From a virus, in the IMG/VR virus record IMGVR_UViG_3300031215_000009, positions 1 through 64,000 of that record: a stretch of 64,000 nucleotides of DNA; one strand, 5' to 3'. Shown in pieces: positions 11,525 to 21,261 of this stretch. The notes under the pieces are model-generated. The model was not told the DNA's origin. It did not search any database and worked only from the letters and a program-made list of their open reading frames with translations. A program made the translations under genes and the position numbers. Each line of letters begins with the position of its first letter. The stretch's first letter is position 1.

Positions 11525-12145
11525 ATGTTTCGAGGACTAGCAAGAAAGGATTTATTTTATGTAGAATTTACTAATAAGTTTATACCACAAGAGATTGAGG
11601 ATTTATATAAACCTTATGTTAAGAATATGCCACATCAGATTGATAGTCCAAGAACATTAGTAGAAAGTTCATTACAAGGTGTGACTGTTCCTTCTTATAG
11701 ATATGACGGAGTTAATCAAAGTCATGTAGATACATTTAATAAAAATGAAATTTCTACGAATTATAGAAGTACTATAAATGCACAAGAAAATACGGAAAAA
11801 AACCTATCACTAACATTCAAGTTATTAAATGGATATATTAACTATTGGATTCTTCTTGATACTTTTTTCTATCATTATGATATGAAAAATCCAAATCCAT
11901 TTATTGGAGATATTACATTAAGAATGTTAGATAATCAAGAAAATGTAATGTTTTCGAGAATATACAGAGATGTTATTTTTACAGGAATAAGTGATTTTGA
12001 ATTAAGTTATTCAGAGAATATACAAACATTTGAAACGTTTACTGTTGATTTACAATATAGTACAGCAGAAACTACTTTTGCAAACCCTGGAAACCCTAAT
12101 ACTTTTATTAGTAATCCAAGTAAATTCACAGGTAAAGTAAACTAA
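11525..12145 (+). CDS. Tail tube-fold protein (T4 gp54/gp19 family)
   Basis: LARKDLFYVEF N-terminus, then LSLTF...YW, GDITLRMLD and ELSYS...ETFTVDLQY, typical of the tube fold. Confidence 0.65.
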   Translation: MFRGLARKDLFYVEFTNKFIPQEIEDLYKPYVKNMPHQIDSPRTLVESSLQGVTVPSYRYDGVNQSHVDTFNKNEISTNYRSTINAQENTEKNLSLTFKLLNGYINYWILLDTFFYHYDMKNPNPFIGDITLRMLDNQENVMFSRIYRDVIFTGISDFELSYSENIQTFETFTVDLQYSTAETTFANPGNPNTFISNPSKFTGKVN

Positions 12146-12172
12146 TTAAATATAAAAATAACTAAGTTTAAA

Positions 12173-12892
12173 ATGAATAAATTCAAAGATATACACAATA
12201 AGAAATCAATTGATGAAAATTTTCCTATGGAAACAGTTAGTTCTGTAAATGGTATGGGAGATGTTTCATTACCTGGACTTGAAGGCGAAATTGGAAGTGG
12301 TGATGTTCCGGGTGCAACAGGAGAATATGAAGTTTTTATTCAAGAACCTGGAAAGGCAATAAATATGAAGAAATTCGAAGAAATTAAAGAAGATAGAGAA
12401 GTTAACGAAAAGGAAATTTATATTCCAATAACAGACCTTGCTGATCCAGCATCTTTAATTGCAATTTTATCAAAAGAATTATCTACAAAAAATAGAACAA
12501 AAGAAACTCAAATAGCAAGAGAATTATCAAAAATAGAAATTAGTTATAATGGTATTGTAAATGTTTTTTCTTTGGGTAAACTTTCTGACATATTAAACAA
12601 AGATATTGAAGATGTAAAAACAGAGGTTGATGATTTGATTGATAAAAATATAAACCTATTAGAAGCAATGCAACTTGATTTTATGACAAGGGTTATGTTA
12701 GACCCAAAATCAATTAATGAAGGGATTATAGGTAGAGCACTTGGTGGTGTTGCTGGTTATGCATTAGGTCCAAAGGTTGGTAAAATGATAGCTAAAGTAT
12801 TAGGAATTAAAAAAGGCCCTTTATATAACGTATTAACATCAAGAGTTGTTAGTGCTGCATTAGCACAAGAACTTACTAAAAACTTAATATAA
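12173..12892 (+). CDS. Hypothetical protein, probably internal head protein
   Basis: IDE/VNE/INE protease-type sites, MKKFEE motif, Gly-rich hydrophobic C-terminus. Confidence 0.4.
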   Translation: MNKFKDIHNKKSIDENFPMETVSSVNGMGDVSLPGLEGEIGSGDVPGATGEYEVFIQEPGKAINMKKFEEIKEDREVNEKEIYIPITDLADPASLIAILSKELSTKNRTKETQIARELSKIEISYNGIVNVFSLGKLSDILNKDIEDVKTEVDDLIDKNINLLEAMQLDFMTRVMLDPKSINEGIIGRALGGVAGYALGPKVGKMIAKVLGIKKGPLYNVLTSRVVSAALAQELTKNLI

Positions 12893-14094
12893 TGGCAAAA
12901 TATACAAAAGAATCGTGGATTTTAAAAGCAATAGATAAATATGGACAAGGTAAATTTTCATTTGAAAAAACCATTTATATAGATAGTTACAATAAAGTCA
13001 TTGTTACTTGTTTAGAACACAATATTGACTTTGAAGTAGACCCTATATCATTTATACGCGAATCTTCAAAGGGAGTATTTTGCAACAAATGTAAAAACAA
13101 TCTTAAAATAACACAAAAAGAATTTATTAATACTATAAGCACTAAACATCCAAATTTAATATTTGACAAAACTATTTACACTAATCAAAGAGAAAATGTC
13201 GTAGTTACTTGTCCTGAACATGGTGATTTTGAAATCAAAGCAAAGAATTTACTACACAACAAATATATATGTAAACAATGTAAAGATGATGAACACATAT
13301 CATTTGATTTAGTTACTAGATATACAAATAATGAAAAATTAGGTTCTGAAGATGGTGTTTTTTATAAAGTATTAGTTACACACAAACCATCAAATATTCA
13401 ATTTATAAAGATAGGAGTATCATCTTATTCAACTTACCAAAGATACAATAAGTCTAGTTATAAAGATTTCGATTTTGATTTAATAGAAGAAATAATAGAC
13501 ACTAATCTAAATACAGCTTTAATAGAAAAAGAATATAAATTAATTAATAAACAGAATCGGTTTTTTTTACCAAAAGAAGTTGATTTTGTTGGTAGAACTG
13601 AATGTTATACTATAAATGAAACATACCAACTAAAGTCTTCGCAAATTAAATTCATTAGAGATTCACTACTATTAAAGCAAAATAATATTTGCCCTATATG
13701 TAAAAGTAACATAAAAATGCCTACATTAGACCACTATCATTCTAAGATACAACACGGGAGTGGGTTAATTAGAGGAGTTGTTTGTAATACTTGTAACAGA
13801 ATGATAGGTGTTATTGAAAATAACATTTCAAGAAATGGATTAAATTATAGCGATGCCCCTGACATACTTAGAAATTTAGCAAATTACCTAAAAGATAATA
13901 GAGAACCTTATCTACACCCAAGTGAGGCACCTAGAAAACCTATATTAATGAAATCATGTTATAACAAATTACTAAAAGTTATAGATGGTAAACAGAAAGT
14001 TCCTGAGTATAAAGAAAAAAGAGGAAATTTAACAGCACCATTGAAAAAACTATTTGAAAAGTATGGAGTAGAACCTGAATTCAAAAAGACATAA
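12892..14094 (+). CDS. Recombination endonuclease VII (gp49-like) fused to an N-terminal homing-endonuclease-like region
   Basis: C-terminal QNNICPIC...LDHYH...GLIRGVVCNTCN...LRNLANYL...LHPS. N-terminal CxEH...CxxC zinc repeats and a YKV...IKIGVS GIY-YIG-like segment. Confidence 0.75.
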   Translation: MAKYTKESWILKAIDKYGQGKFSFEKTIYIDSYNKVIVTCLEHNIDFEVDPISFIRESSKGVFCNKCKNNLKITQKEFINTISTKHPNLIFDKTIYTNQRENVVVTCPEHGDFEIKAKNLLHNKYICKQCKDDEHISFDLVTRYTNNEKLGSEDGVFYKVLVTHKPSNIQFIKIGVSSYSTYQRYNKSSYKDFDFDLIEEIIDTNLNTALIEKEYKLINKQNRFFLPKEVDFVGRTECYTINETYQLKSSQIKFIRDSLLLKQNNICPICKSNIKMPTLDHYHSKIQHGSGLIRGVVCNTCNRMIGVIENNISRNGLNYSDAPDILRNLANYLKDNREPYLHPSEAPRKPILMKSCYNKLLKVIDGKQKVPEYKEKRGNLTAPLKKLFEKYGVEPEFKKT

Positions 14095-14123
14095 AAAAGG
14101 GAACTAAAAATAGTTCCCTTTTT
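14094..14123. terminator. Bidirectional intrinsic terminator
   Basis: AAAAAGGGAACTA-AAAA-TAGTTCCCTTTTT between convergent genes. Confidence 0.8.
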
Positions 14124-14126
14124 ACT

Positions 14127-14603
14127 TTAAAAGTTTGGGTCTGTTATCCTGAGATCATAATCTGTAAAATATTCAAATAATACTCTATCGGTTACTATTC
14201 GTCTTGTAACATCATCAACATCATTTCGATTACTTAATCGTTTACTTCTTATTCCTTCTTCAATGTCAATAAAAATAACAAATGAGGAATCTCTAATTTC
14301 TTTTGATAACTCTTTAATTGCTGGAGGTGTCATAATGAAAATATCTGATTTATTAAACTCCTCTTTAGTTGTACCATAAAACCAACCTCTAAATTCTTTA
14401 TATTCAAAGAAATTATTTGAATCTATTTTTTCTTGAAATTGTTCAAGAGAACAGAAATAATAATCTTCACCATATACTTCACCATTTCTTGGTGCTCTTG
14501 TTGTTATTGATACACTTGGTTTATATCCTTTTTCAATGAATCTATTTTTTAGTAAATCTTTACCAGAACCACCTTTTCCGACTATTATAATTCTTTTTTC
14601 CAT
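14127..14603 (-). CDS. gmk: Guanylate kinase
   Basis: P-loop GKGGSGK, TTRAPRNGEVYGEDYYF and FYGT motifs. Confidence 0.9.
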   Translation of the reverse strand: MEKRIIIVGKGGSGKDLLKNRFIEKGYKPSVSITTRAPRNGEVYGEDYYFCSLEQFQEKIDSNNFFEYKEFRGWFYGTTKEEFNKSDIFIMTPPAIKELSKEIRDSSFVIFIDIEEGIRSKRLSNRNDVDDVTRRIVTDRVLFEYFTDYDLRITDPNF

Positions 14604-14873
14604 TTATTTCCAATTTACAGACACATCTAAGTCTTTTAGTTTAAGTTCTATCATTAAAAGGGTTTTATTATCATCTACATAGTGACAATGTATTGATTCG
14701 AGTTTTACTCTATAAGGTACATCTACTATATCTTCTAATTTATTGTCTGATACGACTACTTTATAATCTGCTCTTAAATATACTTCTATTTCATCTAAGT
14801 TAAAATTATAAACATTGATTATTGACCGATAGCTATCATGCTTTTTGCTATAGCGAAAATTATTAAATTCCAT
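14604..14873 (-). CDS. Small protein, possibly Hsp20/alpha-crystallin-like
   Basis: Pattern FNLDEIEV...VPYRVKLESIHCHY...LLMIEL loosely fits an alpha-crystallin domain. Confidence 0.3.
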   Translation of the reverse strand: MEFNNFRYSKKHDSYRSIINVYNFNLDEIEVYLRADYKVVVSDNKLEDIVDVPYRVKLESIHCHYVDDNKTLLMIELKLKDLDVSVNWK

Positions 14874-15223
14874 TTGCTTTTATTAATTGTATTTATATAT
14901 ATTAAAGCATTATTCTTTAATAAATCTTTTTAACTCTTTCGTTTTTTAACTTATAAGTTTATAGTTTTATTAATAATCTAGTATCTATGCTAATTACACA
15001 TAGTTATAATAGTATTAATATTACCCCTGGGAGAATTATACAATTATTATATGCATAGAATATAAGTTTTATTTTATTCAAAGTCACTTATTTTTTAAAA
15101 ACACTCTATTTATATTCATTCTAAATAACAAAAATATTAAAATAAATTGAAATTACTTACTTTTCTATAAAATATTTAGGTATTTATTTGACTTTAATAT
15201 ATAGTTATTACAAGTGTAGCTAC

Positions 15224-15281
15224 AAAGTAAGACAGTAAACAAAAAGTAAAAAAAGTAAAAAAAGTAAAAAAAAGTAAAATT
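15224..15281 (+). promoter_or_regulatory. Unstructured A-rich repeat leader of gene 32 (putative autogenous translational operator)
   Basis: About six A(n)GT units directly upstream of the ATG at 15282. Confidence 0.55.
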
Positions 15282-16316
15282 ATGTCAGTAGATATTTTCA
15301 ATTTATCAGTAGATGATTTAGACAAAGGAACTAAAAAATCATTCGTAAATAATGAGTTCAAACCGAACCCTAAACAAACAAAGGATAACGTATATAGAGC
15401 GTTAATAAGACCAGTATATTGGTTAGAAAATCCAAAGAAGTCTTTTATTCCAAAAACAACCTTTTATTTTGGTAAGGATGATGGTAATGATACAGGAAAC
15501 AATTTTTTCGATTCGCCATTTTCAATAGAAGAAGACTGTTTAGCAATGAATACGTTCTTTGATTTAAAAAGAGAAGGTAAAACTGACGCTAGAGCAGAAC
15601 AATTGGCGAAAGAAATCAGACCAAAAAGTTCATTTTTCTACTTAGTATTAGTAGAATCTGATGCATCAACACCAGAAAATGAAGGTAAATTATTAGTTTA
15701 TAAAGCACCAATTCAAGTACATAAAATTATCCAAGCAGCTATTAACGTATCTGATGAAGATAAGAAAATGGGTATCAAACCTTGTAATATCTTTGATCCA
15801 TTCAAAGGAAAATCTTTAAGGTTATCTATTGATATGGTAGGTACAAACTGGAATTACAATGGTACTGTACAACTTGCTGATGCAGGTCCAGTACAATTTG
15901 AAGGGTCGGAATTGACAATCGAAAAGAAAGATGCATTCATTGAATTGTTAAAAACAGGTAATGAATTACTTGAAACATATAAGTACAAGAAAATGGATGA
16001 TAATAGAACAAAGTTACTATTATCCATAATTTCTGAGAAAACAGGGAAACAATTTGGTAACATTAAACCTATTAAGGTTAATGCTGACATCAACATCGAA
16101 GGATTAGATGCAAAACCAGAAGTAAAAGATGAAGCCTCTTTTGACATGGAAGATGCTCAAGCAGCAAATGACGCTAAAGAACCAACTGCAATGGAAGCAG
16201 CAAGGGGGAAAGAATCAAAAGCAGCAAGGGGGAAAGAATCAAAAGTACCAACAAAAAAAGTTGATGCAGTAGATGATGGAGTTTTTGATGATATTCTTGA
16301 AGGATTAGATGTATAA
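15282..16316 (+). CDS. Single-stranded DNA-binding protein (gp32-like)
   Basis: ALIR..., PENEGKLLVYK, NIFDPFKGKSLRL...WNY and an acidic C-terminal tail (DDILEGLDV). Confidence 0.85.
   Translation: MSVDIFNLSVDDLDKGTKKSFVNNEFKPNPKQTKDNVYRALIRPVYWLENPKKSFIPKTTFYFGKDDGNDTGNNFFDSPFSIEEDCLAMNTFFDLKREGKTDARAEQLAKEIRPKSSFFYLVLVESDASTPENEGKLLVYKAPIQVHKIIQAAINVSDEDKKMGIKPCNIFDPFKGKSLRLSIDMVGTNWNYNGTVQLADAGPVQFEGSELTIEKKDAFIELLKTGNELLETYKYKKMDDNRTKLLLSIISEKTGKQFGNIKPIKVNADINIEGLDAKPEVKDEASFDMEDAQAANDAKEPTAMEAARGKESKAARGKESKVPTKKVDAVDDGVFDDILEGLDV
16195..16242 (+). repeat. Perfect 24-bp tandem duplication in the gp32 tail
   Basis: AAGCAGCAAGGGGGAAAGAATCAA twice, encoding AARGKESK twice. Confidence 0.9.
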
Positions 16317-16379
16317 TATGTTATGAATTAAATTAAAGGGGATGGTTTTTACTTATCCCCTTTTTTTATAAACTTTGAT

Positions 16380-17465
16380 ATGAGTGATTTAAGAAAAGAC
16401 ATTATAGAAATTGTTGATGATATATTAATAAGTTCTCATGGTGATGGTGAAAAAAGAAGATTAGTTAAAGATAAAGAAGGTCAACTTGAAATGGCTTGTC
16501 CTGTTTGTGGAGATTCAAAATCTAACCCAACAAAGAAAAGAGGTATATTATATCTTGATTCATTCAAATATTATTGTTGGAATGGAGAATGTAGTGCAAA
16601 GTATTGGTCAATATTTCAATTTTTTAAACAATTCGGAAGAAAATTAAAAAATTTAGACCAAATATCTGAGATCAGTAAAGTAATAGAAAAATCAAAAAGA
16701 CTTAGAAAACCAACAAAACTAATTGAATCTAGTGAATATTTTGAATTTTTGTATAATAATTCTGTTACAATATTAGATTTAGAAAAACATTATGGTCTGT
16801 TCACATCTTTCAGCTGTAAATGGGGTGAAGAATTTTTAAATAGTAGATTGTTACATAGATTTGAAGATAGAATACGTTTCAGAAAAAACAAGTTTGGTAA
16901 TAGGGAAGTTTGGGTTTTAAACAAAATAAATGAAAATGAAAAAGTAGTTGGATTACAAATAAAGAACTTAGATTTCGGGACTAAATATAGCACAAAAACA
17001 TTTCCTGTTATTCTTGAAGAAATGAAAAGAGATTTAGAATATCCTGAAGATGCGATGTTTAAAGAAAAATTGACATCACTTTCTATTATTTTTAATTTAT
17101 TCAATGTTGATATTGAAAAAGATATTACAGTATTTGAAGGACCATTTGATTCATTCTTTGTACCAAATTCAGTTGCAACAGCAGGTGCAAGTAAATTGAA
17201 AAACTTTTTTGATGGATTGGACAACATTAGATATTGGTATGATAATGATCCAACAGGAAAAAGTAGTGCAATTGATAAGATAAAAACTAAAAATAGATGT
17301 TTTCTTTGGAAAAGATTTTTCAAGAATTCATCATTTAAGAATAAGAGGATTAAAGATTTAAACGAATTAGTTGTGTATGTTTACAAGAATAGAGAATACA
17401 AACACACATTGAGTTATATTAAAGATTCTTTTAGTAAAAATAAATACGATATATATCATGTTTGA
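16380..17465 (+). CDS. DNA primase (gp61-like)
   Basis: CPVCGDS...YYCWNGEC zinc finger, TOPRIM VFEGPFDS, YDNDPTG and KDLNE. Confidence 0.9.
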   Translation: MSDLRKDIIEIVDDILISSHGDGEKRRLVKDKEGQLEMACPVCGDSKSNPTKKRGILYLDSFKYYCWNGECSAKYWSIFQFFKQFGRKLKNLDQISEISKVIEKSKRLRKPTKLIESSEYFEFLYNNSVTILDLEKHYGLFTSFSCKWGEEFLNSRLLHRFEDRIRFRKNKFGNREVWVLNKINENEKVVGLQIKNLDFGTKYSTKTFPVILEEMKRDLEYPEDAMFKEKLTSLSIIFNLFNVDIEKDITVFEGPFDSFFVPNSVATAGASKLKNFFDGLDNIRYWYDNDPTGKSSAIDKIKTKNRCFLWKRFFKNSSFKNKRIKDLNELVVYVYKNREYKHTLSYIKDSFSKNKYDIYHV

Positions 17466-17646
17466 AAACCCCAGAAAAAACCCTAATATTAAACAAGGTG
17501 ATAGATTATTAATTGATTTTGACCAAATCAAAGCACCTAAAACTAATAAAAATGATATTAATATAGAAAGAGAAAAACTAAAAGAGGATATTAAAAAACC
17601 TACGATTAGAATTAACCCACCTAAAAAAGGTAAAAGTTTATTTTAA
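17458..17646 (+). CDS. Hypothetical protein
   Basis: 62-aa ORF tightly coupled to both neighbours. Confidence 0.5.
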   Translation: MFENPRKNPNIKQGDRLLIDFDQIKAPKTNKNDINIEREKLKEDIKKPTIRINPPKKGKSLF

Positions 17647-18120
17647 ATGAATGAAGAAAACGAAGAACTAAAACAAACTGAATTATCAACGTCTGATAAA
17701 TTAGATGTTGCGTTTGAAAAAGAACGCAAAGAAATATCTGCATATATTAAAGAAAATATTACAGATAAAATGCATAGTATTGATGAAATAGCAAATCTTC
17801 AAGTTCATTTGTTATCTCAACGACAACGATTGGTTGATAAGACTAATAGTTTAAGAGCCTCTATTAGAAAGAAAAACAAAAGTATGGCAAGGATTAGGAA
17901 ACAAAAATTTCGTTTCTATAAACTCGACTATGACGTTAAATTAAATGATTATGAAATAACAAGACATATTGATGCAGATGTAGAGGATGTAGTAAATATG
18001 GTTAAAATATTAGAAAATCAAATATTATACTACAAAGATACAACCGACACGTTAGACAAATGTACTTATATGATTAAGTACTTAATAGACGTTAAAAAGT
18101 TTATGTCAGGTAGTTTTTAA
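17647..18120 (+). CDS. uvsY: Recombination mediator UvsY-like protein
   Basis: Helical 157-aa protein with FY...Y...L...I..HIDAD, directly upstream of uvsW as in T4. Confidence 0.6.
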   Translation: MNEENEELKQTELSTSDKLDVAFEKERKEISAYIKENITDKMHSIDEIANLQVHLLSQRQRLVDKTNSLRASIRKKNKSMARIRKQKFRFYKLDYDVKLNDYEITRHIDADVEDVVNMVKILENQILYYKDTTDTLDKCTYMIKYLIDVKKFMSGSF

Positions 18121-18170
18121 CACTATTAAATACCTTATAAACACTATAAACACTATAAATACAAGTACTC

Positions 18171-19190
18171 ATGAAATTCGAGACAACTCACTCGGGTAAA
18201 ATATTAACTTTAGTTGACGCTTCTGTTTTAGAAAGAAAGCAATTAAGTTTATCTTTAACCAAAAAATTAGAATATTACAATTTCTTACCTCCAGCAGTTA
18301 AGAAAAGATGGAATGGAATTGTATCTTATTTCCACAAGGATAGATTTGTCCCTGTTGGTTTGTGGCAAGAATTAAAGTACATTGCAGAAACTTTCAAATT
18401 CCCATTAGAAATAACAGGACTTGGAGAAGCAATATTCTACAAAGATGTAACAAGAGATGAATTTCAAGATTGGGTAGATGATAAGTTTTTCGGTGCCGTT
18501 AATTCTAAAGGTGATGATTTTATTCCAAGAAAATATCAAGTTGATACTGCATACGCAATCTTAACTAATAAAATATCAGTTAGTGAATTAACAACAGCTG
18601 CAGGGAAATCTTTGATTATCTTTATTTGTATTGTTTATTTTCAAGAAACTGGTTTAGGAAAGAAATTCTTAATGATTGTACCATCTATTGATTTAGTAAT
18701 ACAAGCTTATGAAGATTTTAATGAATATAATAGTTTTTTATTAGAAGATAATAGATTTCCATTGAATATCAAACAAATTCATGGGGGAGAAAAGAAAGAC
18801 TTTATTGCATCACAAAATATACATGTTAGTACGTTTCAATCACTTGCTAAATTTCAAAATCAATACTTCACTGTATTTGATACTGTTATTGTTGATGAGT
18901 GTTTACACCCAGACAGTTTAATCAAGATGGGAGATAATACAACAAAGAAAATATCAGATGTAGTAATAGGAGATGAAGTTTGGACTACTAATGATATTAC
19001 AGGAGATTTGGAAATTAATAAAGTAGATTATATTTATAAAAATCTTTCAAGTCACGAACACTTATATGAATTGGAATTAGAGGATGGTTCGATATTAGAA
19101 CTAACAGGAAATCACAAAGTAAAACTTTCTGATAAATCTTATAAGAGAGTTGATGAATTGACAGGAAGTGAAGATATAATAACTTATTAA
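18171..19190 (+). CDS. uvsW: UvsW helicase segment 1 plus split intein N-half (Cys1 at 18900)
   Basis: PRKYQ, TAAGKS Walker A, IVPS, STFQS and VIVDE, followed by CLHPDS...LTGNHKV (intein blocks A and B). Confidence 0.92.
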   Translation: MKFETTHSGKILTLVDASVLERKQLSLSLTKKLEYYNFLPPAVKKRWNGIVSYFHKDRFVPVGLWQELKYIAETFKFPLEITGLGEAIFYKDVTRDEFQDWVDDKFFGAVNSKGDDFIPRKYQVDTAYAILTNKISVSELTTAAGKSLIIFICIVYFQETGLGKKFLMIVPSIDLVIQAYEDFNEYNSFLLEDNRFPLNIKQIHGGEKKDFIASQNIHVSTFQSLAKFQNQYFTVFDTVIVDECLHPDSLIKMGDNTTKKISDVVIGDEVWTTNDITGDLEINKVDYIYKNLSSHEHLYELELEDGSILELTGNHKVKLSDKSYKRVDELTGSEDIITY

Positions 19191-19197
19191 ATAACCT

Positions 19198-19473
19198 ATA
19201 AAAAGTTTACAAGAAATTATAAATGAACAAACAGAAGCTATTCATCAAGATACTGGGATAGAAGAAGGACAACGCAAAGATGTTGATGAAAAAGTAGAAA
19301 AGAAGAATCAACAGAATATAGATAAGTTCAAAGGTTTAGAAGTTTACTTAAAAGAAAATGACTACAAATTCCATTTAATAGATGAAGACTATTTTAGTGT
19401 TCAAGATTATTCTTCTTTGGAAAACCAACCAAATAAAAAATTACTTAAAACCAGACTAAAAGCATTTATATGA
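19198..19473 (+). pseudogene. ATG-less open frame between the intein halves, probable endonuclease remnant
   Basis: About 90 open codons. NIDKFKGLEVYLKENDYKFHLIDEDYF resembles the end of TnsA-like PD-(D/E)xK nucleases. The stop overlaps the IntC start (ATGA). Confidence 0.45.
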
Positions 19474-20273
19474 AAATAAAGAAAATAACAAAAAAGAAAT
19501 ATAAAGGTGATGTTTATAATCTTAGAATAGATAGTGAAGATGGAAACAATCATAATTACTTTGCTAACGATATTAATGTATCGAATTGTCATAGAACTAA
19601 GTCAAACACTATTAGAGAATGTATTAGTAAGTGTGTAAATGTAGAAAGACGTTTCGGATTAACAGGAACAACTCCAAAACAAGGTACTTTAGATAGTTTA
19701 ACACTACAAGCATATCTTGGTCCCAAGGTAATAGAAGTTAAAGCAAAAGAATTACAAGACAAAGGAGATATTGCAGAAGTTGATATAGCAATTGTTGAAT
19801 TGATTTACCCTGAAGAAATTCAAAAACGATTTGATGATATTAAAAAGAGTATGACAGGTGAAGACAAAGGAAAACTTCTTAAAATAGAACAAGATTTTAT
19901 TATTAAGTACATTCCTAGAGTTGAATTAATTTCAAAAGTCATTTCTAAAGTTCAAAAAAACCAATTAGTGTTGTTTCACAGACAAGCTTATGGTAAACAA
20001 CTTAAAAAGTACTTAGAAGAAAATACAGATAAAGAAATATATTTTATTTATGGTGAAACTAAGAAAGATGATAGAGCTGAGATTAAAAGATTGATGGAAC
20101 ATGATGTTATTGAAAAGGAAATAGATGCTTTTCGATTTGATTCAGAAGGTAATAGTTATGAAATATCACACAATGAGTATATTAGATTAGTAAATGGTAA
20201 ATCTATAAAGGTGTCAAATTTAAGTGAAAATGATGATATTGATTTGAAAAGTATATCTAAATTTAAAGTTTGA
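19470..20273 (+). CDS. uvsW: Split intein C-half (39 aa) plus UvsW segment 2, ending in a degenerate Hint-like tail
   Basis: VYNL...HNYFANDINVSN|CH restores DECH. GLTGT motif III, LVLF...G and IYGETKKDDR follow. Confidence 0.9.
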   Translation: MKIKKITKKKYKGDVYNLRIDSEDGNNHNYFANDINVSNCHRTKSNTIRECISKCVNVERRFGLTGTTPKQGTLDSLTLQAYLGPKVIEVKAKELQDKGDIAEVDIAIVELIYPEEIQKRFDDIKKSMTGEDKGKLLKIEQDFIIKYIPRVELISKVISKVQKNQLVLFHRQAYGKQLKKYLEENTDKEIYFIYGETKKDDRAEIKRLMEHDVIEKEIDAFRFDSEGNSYEISHNEYIRLVNGKSIKVSNLSENDDIDLKSISKFKV

Positions 20274-20318
20274 ATCACAACTGGAGTAAATATATAAAAT
20301 ATATAAAATAGATATATT

Positions 20319-21260
20319 ATGAAAAATGATTTACTTAAATGTTTCCAAGAAAAACATGGAACTCCAGATAATGTAAATAAATTAAATGAATATGTTGATT
20401 TCCTCCTGACATATAAGTTAAATGAAACTGAATATACTGAAAATCATCATATATTAGATAGGGCATCATTCCCAGAATTTGAAAAAGAAGAATGGAATAT
20501 TATAACATTAGACTATAAAGACCATATTAAAGTACATGAAATGTTGTTTGAAGATTATAATATTAGAAGATACCAAAGAACTCTTACTTTCAAAGGAGTG
20601 AAAAAAGATTATAAGTTACTTTCTAATGCAGCAAAGAAAGGATGGACTAAATTTAAAAACAACAAAGTAAAATATGATTTATTTTGTTTACGTAGAAGTG
20701 TAATAATGAAAACACTTTCGTCAGATGAACAATCAAGAAGGGGTAAATTATTTTGGGATAATTTATCAAGTGATGAATTAGAAAAATGGAAAATGAAATG
20801 TAATAAAGGTAGAACCAACGAATCAAAAATAAAACAAAAAGAATCAATTAATATTTATTATTCTAATCCTGATAATAGGGAAAAGAAATCTAAAGAAACA
20901 AAAGACTATTGGGATTCATTAAGTGAATCTAAAAGAAATGATTTTAGAAAAAACATGAAATCTATAAATTCTAATGAAGATAAAAGAAAAGATGCAAGTG
21001 TAAAAATAAAAAATAAATGGCAAGACCCTGTTTTTCAAGAAAAAATGTCAAATAGAAAAACTAAACCAAAAAACAAATATGAATTGATATTTGAAGATGG
21101 TAATAAAGAAATAATAATTGGGTTTTCTGAAATGATAGAAAAATATAACTTAAATGCTACACTAATTAGAAAATTCTTAAATACGAAAACCAAAGTAGAA
21201 TCTAAAAGTAAACGAGAACAAGCATTAAATACAATAGGATTAATAATAAACCAAATATAA
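20319..21260 (+). CDS. Free-standing HNH homing endonuclease (Mob-type) interrupting uvsW
   Basis: ENHHIL...NIITL...DHIKVHEML followed by basic helical repeats. Confidence 0.8.
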   Translation: MKNDLLKCFQEKHGTPDNVNKLNEYVDFLLTYKLNETEYTENHHILDRASFPEFEKEEWNIITLDYKDHIKVHEMLFEDYNIRRYQRTLTFKGVKKDYKLLSNAAKKGWTKFKNNKVKYDLFCLRRSVIMKTLSSDEQSRRGKLFWDNLSSDELEKWKMKCNKGRTNESKIKQKESINIYYSNPDNREKKSKETKDYWDSLSESKRNDFRKNMKSINSNEDKRKDASVKIKNKWQDPVFQEKMSNRKTKPKNKYELIFEDGNKEIIIGFSEMIEKYNLNATLIRKFLNTKTKVESKSKREQALNTIGLIINQI

Positions 21261-21261
21261 T

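Noticed and set aside
19190-19470. Group I introns in the gaps between gene fragments
   Set aside because: The gaps are short or filled by ORFs, no P/Q/R/S core was recognised, and the flanks carry clear intein halves with their own stops and starts. A covariance search of 20100-21340 would still be a useful control.
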